In this document: positions 1-11,700 of the stretch, one piece after another | How the letters are laid out: each line of letters opens with the position of its first letter | Position numbering within the stretch: the first letter of the stretch is position 1 | Source: Klebsormidium nitens | Taxonomy: Eukaryota > Plantae > Klebsormidiophyceae | Direction: 5' to 3' | Length of the DNA: 51,807 nucleotides | Assembly (NCBI GenBank): GCA_000708835.1 | Contig: DF237559.1 | Coordinates: forward strand, 1-51,807 | Made by a program: the position numbers and the translations under genes | The notes under the pieces: generated by a model | Told to the model about the DNA's origin: nothing | The model's database searches: none | Seen by the model: only the letters and a program-made list of their open reading frames with translations

Positions 1-231
1 TATCACTCAGTTATCGAGGTTATACTTCTGGTTATATCTGACCTCTGAATAACCGAGCTGAGTGCAATCTAGCCATCATAGAGTTCAACTTCTAACAAGT
101 AGAACGTGCGAGAACGACCAATTTCTATAACAGAAGCTGTGTAGAATACTTACTAGAACAAGGGATGAACAGCGTAATGCATCTTTTTTTCAAACCAGCT
201 TGTTGACTCTACTTTTATGTCCATTTTACAG

Positions 232-3200
232 GCCTCCGGTGCATATATTTTCCGACCTGCATCTCCAATAGAGATCCCGGTCGATATGAATTCCTCAAAC
301 GGCTATGTGAGTCGTGGGGCAAAAATCGCTCCTCATACAGCTCCTGCTTATGAAGTTGCCACTTTTAGTCAATTAATCTACACTGATTTTGCATAGCAAC
401 AGACTGACCAAATTACACCAAGGTTTTCATCGAAACGATCGGGTTGCTCGGAAGAAGCTGTAGCACAAGAGACATTGGTTTGCATAACCAATTGCTGTAA
501 GATAACTCTCTCAACTTCTCGCTTCCGATAAGATCCCCTGACACAGTTGTAAGCCTCAAGCTCTCGAACCTGTAGCTCTTCAAAGATGTTCGCTGTTGAG
601 AAAGTGGGGAGAAAGTGCTTTCTCGACTTCTTTATGGATCGCAATGTGAGCGGAATAGTTCTGTGAGCGTCTTAGCCTCAGCAATCTGCTTCGCATTACA
701 TCCCAAAACAGATCTGCAACTAATGGAGCGCAAAATAAGCGGATCTGGTTTGTGAGCGTCTTAGCCACAGCAATCTCCTTGGCATGTACAACCCAAGGAA
801 AGTCCATCCGGCTAATGCAAAGCAAGCTAAGCAGTATAAGGTTGTTAGCGTGCTAGCCTCATCAATTGTCTTGATTCCAGTTATACCGGAGAAAAATCCC
901 TCCAATTAACGACCATTTCAAAATAGATGCAGCCGCGCATCTCGGTGGTTCGCGGCCCCCTGTTCGAGGAGGTACGCCAGGAGCTCTCATCGTGGGCGTC
1001 GATCGTGATCCGAGTCCCATCGGACGGCCAGGATGCGCAGCTGCGGTACACGGTAAGCTGGCTTCACTGTTAATCCGGTGCACGTGTTTGCAGGAGATTT
1101 TTAGTGACGATATAGAAAGGCTACTCTGACCGGTGCAATCAAAGACGTAAATCAACCGATGAGTCTGCATAGGCAAACTTACGATGATTAAAGGCGAGTT
1201 TGTCGAGAGCCACAGCCCGTATGGTGCCGTATGTAATACCCGCACGTTTCATGCCTAAAACTCCAATCTTATCAGTTTCAATCAGCGGTCGGGTCGAGGT
1301 TAAAACTTCGTTTCGAACTCAACGGCCGTTCTGTTGAGCGCGAAATGACACGCGGATATCGCTCTGTGCGACGCGGATGCGTATCGTTCAAGTCGGCCTC
1401 TTTCCGTAAAACTTTTTGCGTGCGCGGAACTTCATGCGGGACTCGGTGAACGCGTGTACATACCTCCGTTCCGGCCAGCCCAGTTCCCGCAGGCCTTTTG
1501 CACGGAACTGCGGAAAGGGACTCAGTAAGCGCGTTGCGTTCCGTTTGGATCGTCCCTGTTCCGTCAGACCTTTTGCGCAAATTACAAACAAAATCGATGA
1601 ACACATGTGCATTGGCGTTTAGGTGGGCCCCATTCCGTCGGACATTTCCGGCGGGCAAGAGGTGGTGCTCCGACTGGAGGCGGACGTCCGGAACGGCGGA
1701 ACGTTCTACACGGACAGCAACGGAAGGGATCTCATCAAGCGGGTAAGATCTTTCCCAAGCTCGCGTCCACTTTAAGGAAGCTACCTTAAAAGATGAGGGA
1801 TGATCCCGTTGCACCTGAAAGTGAACTTCCCATGTCTTTGCATCTTGAAGCTTTTGATAGCATTCGTTGATAGAGCAGTGTTTCCTGCATTTATTCCTTG
1901 CTTGAGTCGAGGACTTACATTCTGGTCATCTCCGTTCAAAACGAGTGCAGTCTGTACGCTTTCAGAAATTGCGGACTCTCGCGTTGCGTCTCTTTCAAAG
2001 GCGCCCAGCATCCGTCAATTCTACTCCTAGTACCAGGCAACGTAACAGATTAGCTCGAAGCTATTGCTCAATTGCCTGAGTAGCCAAACTCCGACTGTTT
2101 TTGAATGGGCCGACTGTTTCAAAACAGGCCTCTGGGAAACGGGTGCAGTTAGTGGGGCGGTTAGGGTGGGTGCGGGTGCCGAGCGCGCAATATCTTAGGT
2201 TACGGTCTTTAGTTGAAGCGCCTGGGGCTTATGTAATCTAAGTACAATCTCCTGTGTATAATCCTTACCAGTACGTATCGTTTTCAGATAAGCTCGAACC
2301 GATTGCTCAATTGCCGTGATGTATACTATGCCGCTACAAATACCGCGCATTGTTGGATATCTTATCCAAACCCTGGCCTCCGTTTCCCGATTGCAGGTGG
2401 TCAATTATCGGCCGTCTTGGGACCTCATAGTCACAGATCCGGTCGCAGGAAACTACTACCCGGTAAGTCGTTTTCCTGACTCGATTCATCTTCACCCGAG
2501 TTTGATGAAAAGTTCCAAGGTAGAATAAGACGACCTGCTTAACCCGCATGGATTTGTTCTGGCACTTAACCCCGGATGGTTATGGGCTGAGTATAGGCTG
2601 GTTAGAAAGTGGTCATAACTTTGATAACCAGACGTGGGCGTTGACCGGCCCTGGAGAACCCACGGATATTGTCCAGAACCTGAGACTTTAATCTGGTAAT
2701 GAACCTGGTTAGCAGCCAACCTACCTTTGACTGGACGGGTTAGGTTAGTTGCCAAGGGGTGTGGGGCGGGCACGGGGGCGAAGCAGGTTATCGATCCGGT
2801 CAACTTTTTTGTGTTAGCTCCGAGTAATCATAACCCATGCACGAATTGTGTATAAGTGCTTCAGAGAGTCTACGCAAAACCAGACTAGGTGCATGTCTGC
2901 CTTGTGAGTGCGAATTTGGATCATTGAACGCTCGGTGACACTCGGTGTTCAACTTGCCTTCCATCTTGGGCCCTCTTGCTTATTCTGGATCCGCCCCCGT
3001 AGTTCCTACCTTCGAAACAATACGGTTTTGGCACGTTCATCCAATCTGCTCTCCGTTTCCGCTAGTCCTGCTTACAAACCTCTGTTATCCTCTTCATAAA
3101 ATGATTGTTTTTGTCTCCGCCCCCGGTGAATTTTGCAGGTAAACGCCGCAATTTTGATCCGCGACTCTGAGAAACAACTCACGGTCCTTACGGACCGGTC

Positions 3201-6200
3201 CTTGGGCGGTACCAGCCTCCGGGAGGGGCATATTGATCTGATGTTGCACAGGTGCGTGCCACGTGTCATTTGTGTATTGTTATCCCGATGATTCCGATCA
3301 TTGTACATTGTTCGATTGCAGACCTTGAGGCACGAGATCATGGGATAAACACGCCAGCCCAGCCCAGATCCCATTTTAGATCTAGCTTGCCTCCGGAGCG
3401 CTTATTACAGTAATATCTGCTCTTCGAAGAGCAGAAAGTAGCTCAGGGTCTTTCGTTCTCCCTTTTCGTGCTTCTGCTGTAATCTACGGCTGACTTGGCT
3501 GATGAATTAAGATTCGGTGCGTTGTCGGGTAGCCCAAAGACACGGTTTGAGAAGGCGGAACGTCCAACTCGCACCGACTATCCTTCTGACAGTGGTCGTT
3601 CCATTTCGTGGCGCTTTGACATTCACTTTCGTTTCCGAGCGGCGAGGAAGCAAGGTGTAAGAGTCACTGCTTTGTGTTTCTATCGACAAGGACAAATTCG
3701 TTCCAAAGTGGACTTGCAAGAAATGCAGGCGTATGCGCTATAACCAGTGTTGCTTACCCGGAACGGGTTCGCTTTTATAACCTCTCTTGCTTTAACAAAC
3801 GGTTTTGGCAACCGTACCGTCAAGACAGACGCTCTTTGGTTAGTATCTTCAGTATTGTAATAACACCGGGTTACGGATGATCAGACGCTCTTCGGGAAGT
3901 TCATTTGGTTTGTCACATTTCCGGTCATGATTGTGGATCGTATTACAACCTCGGGTTACGTGAAACTAGACGCTCTTCTGTAAGTATGTTTGGTTTGTCA
4001 CAATCCCGGATTATGATTGTGCATCGTGTCATAACCCCCGGTTACGGCTTAACCAGACGCTCTTCTGTGAATATGTTTGGTCTGTCACTAACCCCTGGTT
4101 AAGATTGTTCGTGTCATAAAGCTCGGGTTACGGCTTAAACAGACGCTCTTTTGTGAGTATATTAGGTTAGTCACTAACCCCGGGTTATAATTGTGGTTTG
4201 TTTTGCCCAGGCGCTTGGTCGTCGACGACGGACGCGGAGTTGACGAGGCGCTCAACGAACAGCAGTTCGGCCAAGGGATGGTGGTAAGGCGCTTTCCTTT
4301 TATGGCCTTTCAGGAAGTTTTCTTTGAAAAGGACGTCCGCCTACGTTGCTCATGAGCGGCGACATACAGACCGTGAGATGTGACTGACTGTCGCCTGCAA
4401 CGAAAACTAGTCGTCTGAGGGCAGTCGTGCGGCCAAGGAATGGCGGTAAGGCGCTTTCCTTTTATGGCTTTTCCGGAGAGTTTTCTTTGAAAAGGACGTC
4501 CGCCTACGTCGCCCATGAGCGGCGACATACAGACCATAAGATGTGACTGACGGTCGCCTGCAACAAAAACTAGTCGTCTGAGGTTATGCAGTCGTGCGGC
4601 CAAGGACTGGTGGTAAGGCGCTTACCCTCGTATGGCCTTCTAGAGAGTTCTTTCAAAAGAGGGTGTCCCCCAAGTGATTCTCCAGCAACATACAGACCAT
4701 GAGATGTGACTGACTTTCGCCTGCAACGAAAACTAGTCGGTTTAGGCGACTGACTTGGTTCAATCAATTGGGGCGACTGAGGTTAAGCAGCACCTTGGCC
4801 AAGGCATAGTGGTGAGGCGCTTTTCGGGTTACGGGTAGTCCTGGACGCTTCTTTGAAGAAATTTGACGAACGTTAGCGAAACCCGATAAAAGCCACTATG
4901 TCCGCCTCGGAATCGCCACGAAGCCGCGCAGGTTTTCTTTGGTCCGACGCCCCCTGGTGAGGCGTTATCTTCCGTTTAGTCTCGAAACGGCCTTCCCTCA
5001 TCCCACTACACTTTTCAAGCCTGTAAGAAAAAATCTTGCCGACCGCATTTATCTGCTCCTTGCAAGACACGTGGCACCTTTCGATTGGGCGTCCACGACG
5101 TGAATGTGGCTGCCAGTTGGTTGCGAGGGGCGGCTCTTCGGCATTACCAACCTCTGGAGCTCGCTTTTGCAACGCAGGTAAGATGAAGGGTTGTTCTGAA
5201 AGCAACTCTCTAGTTGTTCAAAGCATTGCCGAGTTCGAAGCGGGTCTGCGTTTCGCTCTTGACCGGCCCCGCCGTACTTCTCCGAGTAGTTTTTCCCAGG
5301 TACTTGGAGATCTTAGATCGGAGGTCTTCCGGAATCCCTTCCACCTGACTTTTCCCAGATTCTTGCAAGGCGGCATCACTCTAAACACAGAGCTTATTCT
5401 CGAGCATACTCCATCAAAAGGATAACTCGGATTTCGTATCGCGCGGCGACCACAAAGCTTCGAGGTGCACTAGGATAGTCGCCCTCGTTACGACCACAGG
5501 GAATCACATAGCAGCTAGGTTTCGGTAATAGATCTCGTTCCGATCGCCTTTCCGGTCTTGATTGCGGTGCCGAATTCGGTTCTAGTAGTGCTGCCGGTCC
5601 AGGCTGCTTATAAAGCGCCGAGAAAGAATTTGCGGGAGGATCTTTTTAGATGCGAACCACCCGCCGCTTCGCCCTTTCGTGCTCCAGTGTTTCCTGGATC
5701 AGAATTTAGCACTAGTCTATATATTCCCTCCGGAGTAGGGTTTGGAACTTGAGTTCCGGAATACAATGCTCCGAGCTAGGGGGGTTTCAGACCGGAGGGG
5801 TCGCAATCGGACCCTCCAAACCAAGATTTTGAGAACGGGGTCTATCGTCCCTGACAATCCAACCTGGATCTGAGAGCGGAGTCTACAAAAAGTCAATCCT
5901 CCGAACTAGGATCTAGAACGTTTACTGAAAGACATAGCCATCTGACTTCTGCAGATTGGCGGCCGGTCTGCATGGCTCAAGTCGCGCCGGGGGGGTGCGT
6001 CAGGCCTGCCAAACGGCGCGCAATTACCCCCCAACGTGGCGCTTGTCACGTTACAGCAGCTCGCGAGCGGGGCGGTCCTCCTGAGATTGGGACATCTTTT
6101 TGAGGTGAGGACTTAAGTTGGCAAGCGCTTTCTTGTCTATGTGGAAGGACGTGTCTCGCAAGAGCTTCTTGCGAATTCTGGACACGTCTGACGGGGCCCT

Positions 6201-7886
6201 GCATTTCTCCTTCGGCCCAATAATTCAAATCGTTCGAACCTTGAACTTTCAAATCTAAAAGATTGTGAGATTCGCAAACCCCCAAGAGGCGATGGTGCTT
6301 TGGGCGCGTGCTCAACTCGATCATTGGCGCCGCTGGTTGACGTTCTTCGTTTTGAGAAATTCGATTGAAACCTACTCGTCAAAGTAGAAGAGAAGAAAAG
6401 TAAATAGGCAAAAGAGTGTTAATCGCATACCTATGATCGGGAATCTGCCAAAGCCTCCGGCGTCGACAGACTTGCACGGATGCAGCTGGCAACTTTGCGG
6501 CCCAAAGCACACTGTCGACCGATTTTCCCATCCAGACCGAGGGTTTGAATGCAAAGACAAAACGTCCTACCAAGCTTGCCGATTATGGGCGACGCAACGG
6601 TGGAGCGACGTGAAGTAAAGGATTCTATGTATGCATCAGGCTCTTGTTATTTGCCGAATTTTAATACTAAAAAGGAAGGTTTTAGGCTTGCTACATGCCG
6701 AAACCCTAGGACAAATTCCGCTCTGAAGAACGTTCATTGGGGTCTGAGACCCGTTGCCTTTCTTGATTGTGTTGCAAGGTGGATGAAGACCCCGTGTTGT
6801 CGCGGCTCGCTAATGTAGATTTGCGCACGCTTTTTGCCAAGAAGGTGAGCAGCGTTTGACCACGTTTCTGATATCCGGTCGAGCTCACCGAGTTGTGTAC
6901 CTCGTGTAATTGCTTGGCCGAAAGTCAATGTGCTCTTGGGCGCATGGTACACTTCGACGGTGCAGAAAGGTCAAGCAGTCCTTGCGCACGAGCCTTGGCC
7001 CCTTGCGAAGAAGCGGGAGTGCAGAAGCGGAGCGAGGTTCATTATGTTGAATGCTTCGTTCATGCACGAAAAGAAGCACAATTGGCTTTTTCAAACATGG
7101 CAAAACTGTTAGAGCAAGTGTCTACGCGGGACACCTTTCTTCCACTAGTGACCTCCATCTTTATAACAAGAGCGGGAAGAGAAACCTTTCAGGGGATCGA
7201 CCCTCGTCCTGGTTCTTGATACATACGCGTTGGAGGACGCGTTCAGTAAATATTAGCATGTAGAGGGAAAGGGGAGAATTTTGACGTGCTCAAGTAAGCC
7301 TGCCGTCTCGCTAAGATTGACCTTTTAAACGGACCTCTTGAAGAATGGTACACATTTGCGGGTCCTTGACGGTTAAGCATTGCCCGGCTCGAAAGTCGTG
7401 TCTGTATCTTATGATTGCGGACCACTCAAAAGCAGAAAAGCTCACATGCAAACATTCGTCTTTACGCAGATAAAGGCAGTCACAGAGATGACATTGTCCG
7501 GCAACCAGGCGAGATCCAACGTGCAGAAACTAGTGTGGCGGGTGGAAAACGAGCCGTTTTCGGAAGCGCCGAAATTAAGGGGGTCCCCCTTCGGTCGCGG
7601 AAGCTTCTTAGTAGAGCTTGGTCCGATGGAGATCCGCACTTTTGAGATTATCTTTGGAAACGATGGACCGTCCGTCCATCTGTCTTGGGGGCTTTATGCA
7701 GGGTTCGGGATAGTGCTATTAGTAGGTGGGCTGATTATGCACGCAGCTTATAGTTGGTGGCGCGGACGGCATAAGCGGCTGCCCGGCTATCATACGCTTT
7801 CGCAGCAGTCGAGGGCTGCCGACGCGGACGACCGACGAGTTGGAACAGAAGCCGAGATGATTGAGGTAGACTCCCGAAGTCCGTAA
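232..7886 (+). CDS. GH38 lysosomal/vacuolar-type alpha-mannosidase, 3' part (5' exons lie outside the window). Exons 232-306, 927-1052, 1623-1742, 2397-2462, 3139-3251, 4211-4283, 5067-5177, 5955-6104, 6779-6844, 7470-7886
   Basis: Ten AG/GT-bounded exons join in phase and give GH38 C-terminal motifs in the expected order: [125 protein letters not shown]. Stop TAA at 7884-7886. Confidence 0.93.
640..880. repeat. About 90-bp degenerate tandem repeat (3 copies) in a mannosidase intron
   Basis: GTGAGCGTCTTAGCC.CAGCAAT core at 663 and 752; diverged copy GTTAGCGTGCTAGCCTCATCAAT at 844. Confidence 0.7.
3820..4210. repeat. About 86-bp tandem repeat (5 units) ending at the acceptor of mannosidase exon 4211
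   Basis: AGACGCTCTT core preceded by C/T at 3826, 3882, 3967, 4054, 4140, each with an AACCCC/GGGTTA motif; resembles the true junction CAG|GCGCTT at 4208-4216. Confidence 0.85.
4266..4830 (+). repeat. Tandem array (162-199 bp period) of copies of an exon end plus splice donor
   Basis: GGCCAAGG..TGG.G|GTAAGGCGC at 4269 (functional), 4431, 4598 and a diverged copy at 4797 (GTGAGG). Confidence 0.9.
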
Positions 7887-8794
7887 GGGTTGCCAATACT
7901 ATCCTGGTCACCCCTCCATTAAGTTATTGAAAGCGTCGTTGCTGGGGGATGACATCCGACATCAAGGATTACCAGCCTTTCTCAAGCCGAGGTGACCAAC
8001 TCACTGACCGTGTCTTTGTGCAAGTTTGTACCGTCGTCGAAGAGATAACGCAGAATTAACGACGGCGGCCCAAGTCCGGTCAGTTTAACGGGCCGCGCTC
8101 TGACGGTCGCAACGTTACAGCATATCAGCCGCCCGGATCGGACTCCTTCACGAACGCAACATGCACATGACTGCATACAAGTCTGCTGGCGTGCATGCGC
8201 CGCCGGCTGAGCTAGCTACATGGTGACTGCATGTCGCGCGGTGTATCAGGATTCAATTATATGCTTCAAATCATTGAATTGAACGGCACCGATCGAGAAT
8301 GCGTGCGCAGTGCGCATGATATCGATGTATATGTTTCCATCGATATTTTGATCATGTCCGAGTCCCTCATGTATCCGGGATCACAACCCAGAACATTGCA
8401 GACTGAGAACGTGCATGTGCTGATTTGTCATAATTAAATCTGTCTTACTCAGTGACTACACTGAATTAAATCGACACTGTACGTCAGTGTACGAATAGCG
8501 AGATTAGTAATATTCAATGATTGATCTTGCACCATCATTATCAAGGCGGCCTGATCGGACGTATGGCGCGCCTGCGCGCTTAATTGGGCGCTTAATTGGG
8601 TTCGCGCCTTACCATACTTCTTTTCCAGCATCTTTCCGACTGCATTGACTACTGCCCACTAAACTAATATACGATCTTCATGCAAGCGCGATCGAAGAAA
8701 CACTCCAATCAAGCTTTGGCTCGGCGGACGTGATCTTTGTTGATCTCGGGGGCAGATTCGTCTAATCACAAGCTAGCTTTTTTGCAGTATCTAA

Positions 8795-11700
8795 TTAGTT
8801 ATATAGCTTCAGCACGCTCTGGATCCTCGTTTTGCACAGGGGGCATTCTCCCCTCGATCTTGCCCTCAACCAAATTGCTACACTCAAAGCACAGGCGGTG
8901 GCCACATGGCACGAGCGCCGCGTTTTTCGGGCTCTCAAAACCGACGCAACACGTGTCATCTTCTCTCAGCTCCTGCTTCGCCACCTTCTGCGCCGCTAAG
9001 CTAGGCTTTCGCTCTGCGTTCCGCTCTTCATTCCGCTCCGCGTGCTTTTCGAGTGGGTATCGTATATGCGCCGGTAAAGACTCCGCAACTGCGGCGGCGC
9101 GCGACCCACCTTGCGCCGAATCAAGAGCTGCCACGTGGCTTGCTCCCTGCGCTTCTGGGGTCGAACTCGCCGGACAGAGACGCTTTGAAACGTCGGGAAA
9201 CGATTGAGGATTCCGCTTCTCTTCCGCTGGTAAGAGGAGCGAGAGGATGGCCGGAAGGTCTGGGAAGCACCTTTCGGGCTCAGGTGACCGCTGTGCACCT
9301 GGCCTGGCTTCCGGCCCTTCCGACCGGAGTTCCGTTGCCAAGTTTTCCACGTCAGCAGGGGCGTTCCACCGCCCCGTTATCGACACTGCTTGCGCTGGAA
9401 AGTTGTGCGGTTCCGCCGTTTGCCGAGCGGATTCCGGCACGTTCGCCAGGGGACCAAGCGGAGCGCTACTCGCTTGGAAGGAAGCTGACTGCTCGCCGGA
9501 CGAAGCAGGGATTCGGGAACGCGTCATGGCAAGGGGATTGTAAGGCGCCCGGGGTCTCGAACCGGGCCGCACAAGGGGGCTCTCACTTTCGGAGTGCGTC
9601 CTAAGCGGAGTCGCTGCCACCAGTAACCGCGGGACGTCTGCCATTTGGCACTGTGACGTCACTCTGCTGTCAGCCTGTTCGAGACTGGGGGGTTCTATCT
9701 GCCCGGGGAAGGCCCCCCCAGGACCCGCCAATGTGCTGTAACCCAGTGGGAGGGCGGGGGGCTCTGTTTGCCCGGCGAAGGACCCCCCAGTACCTGCAGC
9801 CGACCGGCCTTCAACCGCGGCTTCCCGGTTACAAGACGACTTCGATTGGGCTGCGGATGCGAGGATCTCGACGCCTGCGCTTTCTGACATGCGCGAAGTG
9901 CCCGGTTCCCCGCGCCCCGACGGGGGCAGTGACGCACTCGGGGTGTCTGTAGGCTTCCGACAGGGGATCCGGAAGAAAGCGCCGACGACTTGGGGGGAAG
10001 TGTGGGCGCCCGGGAGAGCACGAGCCCGGAGTGCCGGTCGGTTGAAGGCCGGGGATCTATATGAAAATCAAGATTTAAATATAAAATTGGAGAGACCCAC
10101 TTGAACGAGGGGAGAAAGAAGGCAAATCGAAGAAAGACGAGGGGAGCTACTCGATTCTCGGAGAGAGGAAGTGGGGTTAAATCGAAATTCACTGCTCATT
10201 CTTGGAGGTATAGAAAAGAAAGCTCGAAGAAAGAAGAGGGGAGCTTCTAGATCTGGAAAAAGTGGAGGCTGAGTCCGTTGGTCTTCAAGTAAGACGCCGG
10301 ATTGAGCACACAATCGCCAGGGCTTGAACTCAGAAAGCGTGACAAGGCTTGTTACCTTCCTTTCCCCCGAAAAGCAATTATGCGAAATTTAGCAGCTTTC
10401 AAACTTTGACACTAAATGCAGCCGCGGTTCTCCTCGCACCCCAGTCGCCCGTTCTTCTAGACACTTGAATCACACCAGCGTCTAGGCCAAACTGCGAAAA
10501 ATTGTTGCTGAGATTGCTCCGAGCGCCAAGAATGACCCTGACATCATCAGATCTTCGAGCGCGTGCCGCGCAACCTTGGCATCCTTCACCGACTGGCAGA
10601 GATTCTCGAAAGCTCCGACTTGGAAAGGCTCTGAGTAGTTGGTGAGAATAAAAGCTGTCCGACTTAGTTTGGTTCTCACCAACTGCTCGCACGGACGGCG
10701 TCGCCTCCCGGCTGCGTCCATCAGCTTTCGGCAACCCGTCGGATATTTGCGCCGGGAGCTCTGCAGAGCTTGGCCCCGTGACGTACGCTGACGTCAGCTC
10801 CTCTCCGCCTCCACCCAACTGCTGGATCTCCGCAGGAGGGTCCGGCTCCTCTCCGGTAAAGTCGCGCCCATTGAGGGCCGGCGGGGGCTCAACCATTGTT
10901 GGGGCAGTTTGTGCAGTTGGGGCAATCTGTGCGATCTCGGCAGTTTGTGCAATCTGGGCGCCTTGCGTGGGTTCAGGAATCGGGGCCGTTTGAGCAGTTT
11001 GGCTGGAGTGGGCGTTTCTGGCGTCGGGGGCAGCTGGGACGGTCAGGGCGGTTTGGGGAGCATCGATGGTTTGGGAGATCAGGGCGGTCGCGGCCTTTTG
11101 GCCGCTCTGATTGCTCTGGGCGGGTTGAAGAGCATCGGTCATTTGGTCGGTTTCGGCGGCATGGGCAGCTTGGACTGTCCGGGCGTCTTGGGGAGCATCA
11201 GTGGTTTTGGATGTGAGGGCGGTTGCAGGCACCTGGGCGCTTTGATTGCTCTGGGCGGTTTGAGGAGCATTGGTGATTTGGTCGTTCTCGGCGTCATGGC
11301 CAGCTTGGACTGCCCGGGCGGTGTGGAGAGGTTCGGTGATTTGAGATGTGAGGGCGGTTGCGGACGTTTGGGCACTTTGCTTGCTCTGGGCGGTTTGAAG
11401 AGCATGGGTGGATTGGTCTTTTCCGGCGTTGGGGCCCGGTGGAACTGCCCGGGCGGGTTGGTGAGCATCGGTGACTCGGGAAGTGAGGGCGGTCTGGAAG
11501 TTTTCGGCGCGTTCAATGCTGTGGGCGGTTTCGGGTTTGGCACTTTCGACGCTTTGTGGAGGGGTGGAGGCTCGAGGTGGGTCTGGCGGATCTACGGCGG
11601 CCTGACCCTTCTTCTTTTTCTGCTTCTTCTTGGTCTTCTTGACGCTTTTCTTGTTGGCAATCGACTCCCCTTTTGCTGCAAAAACAAGGAGTACTTTAGT

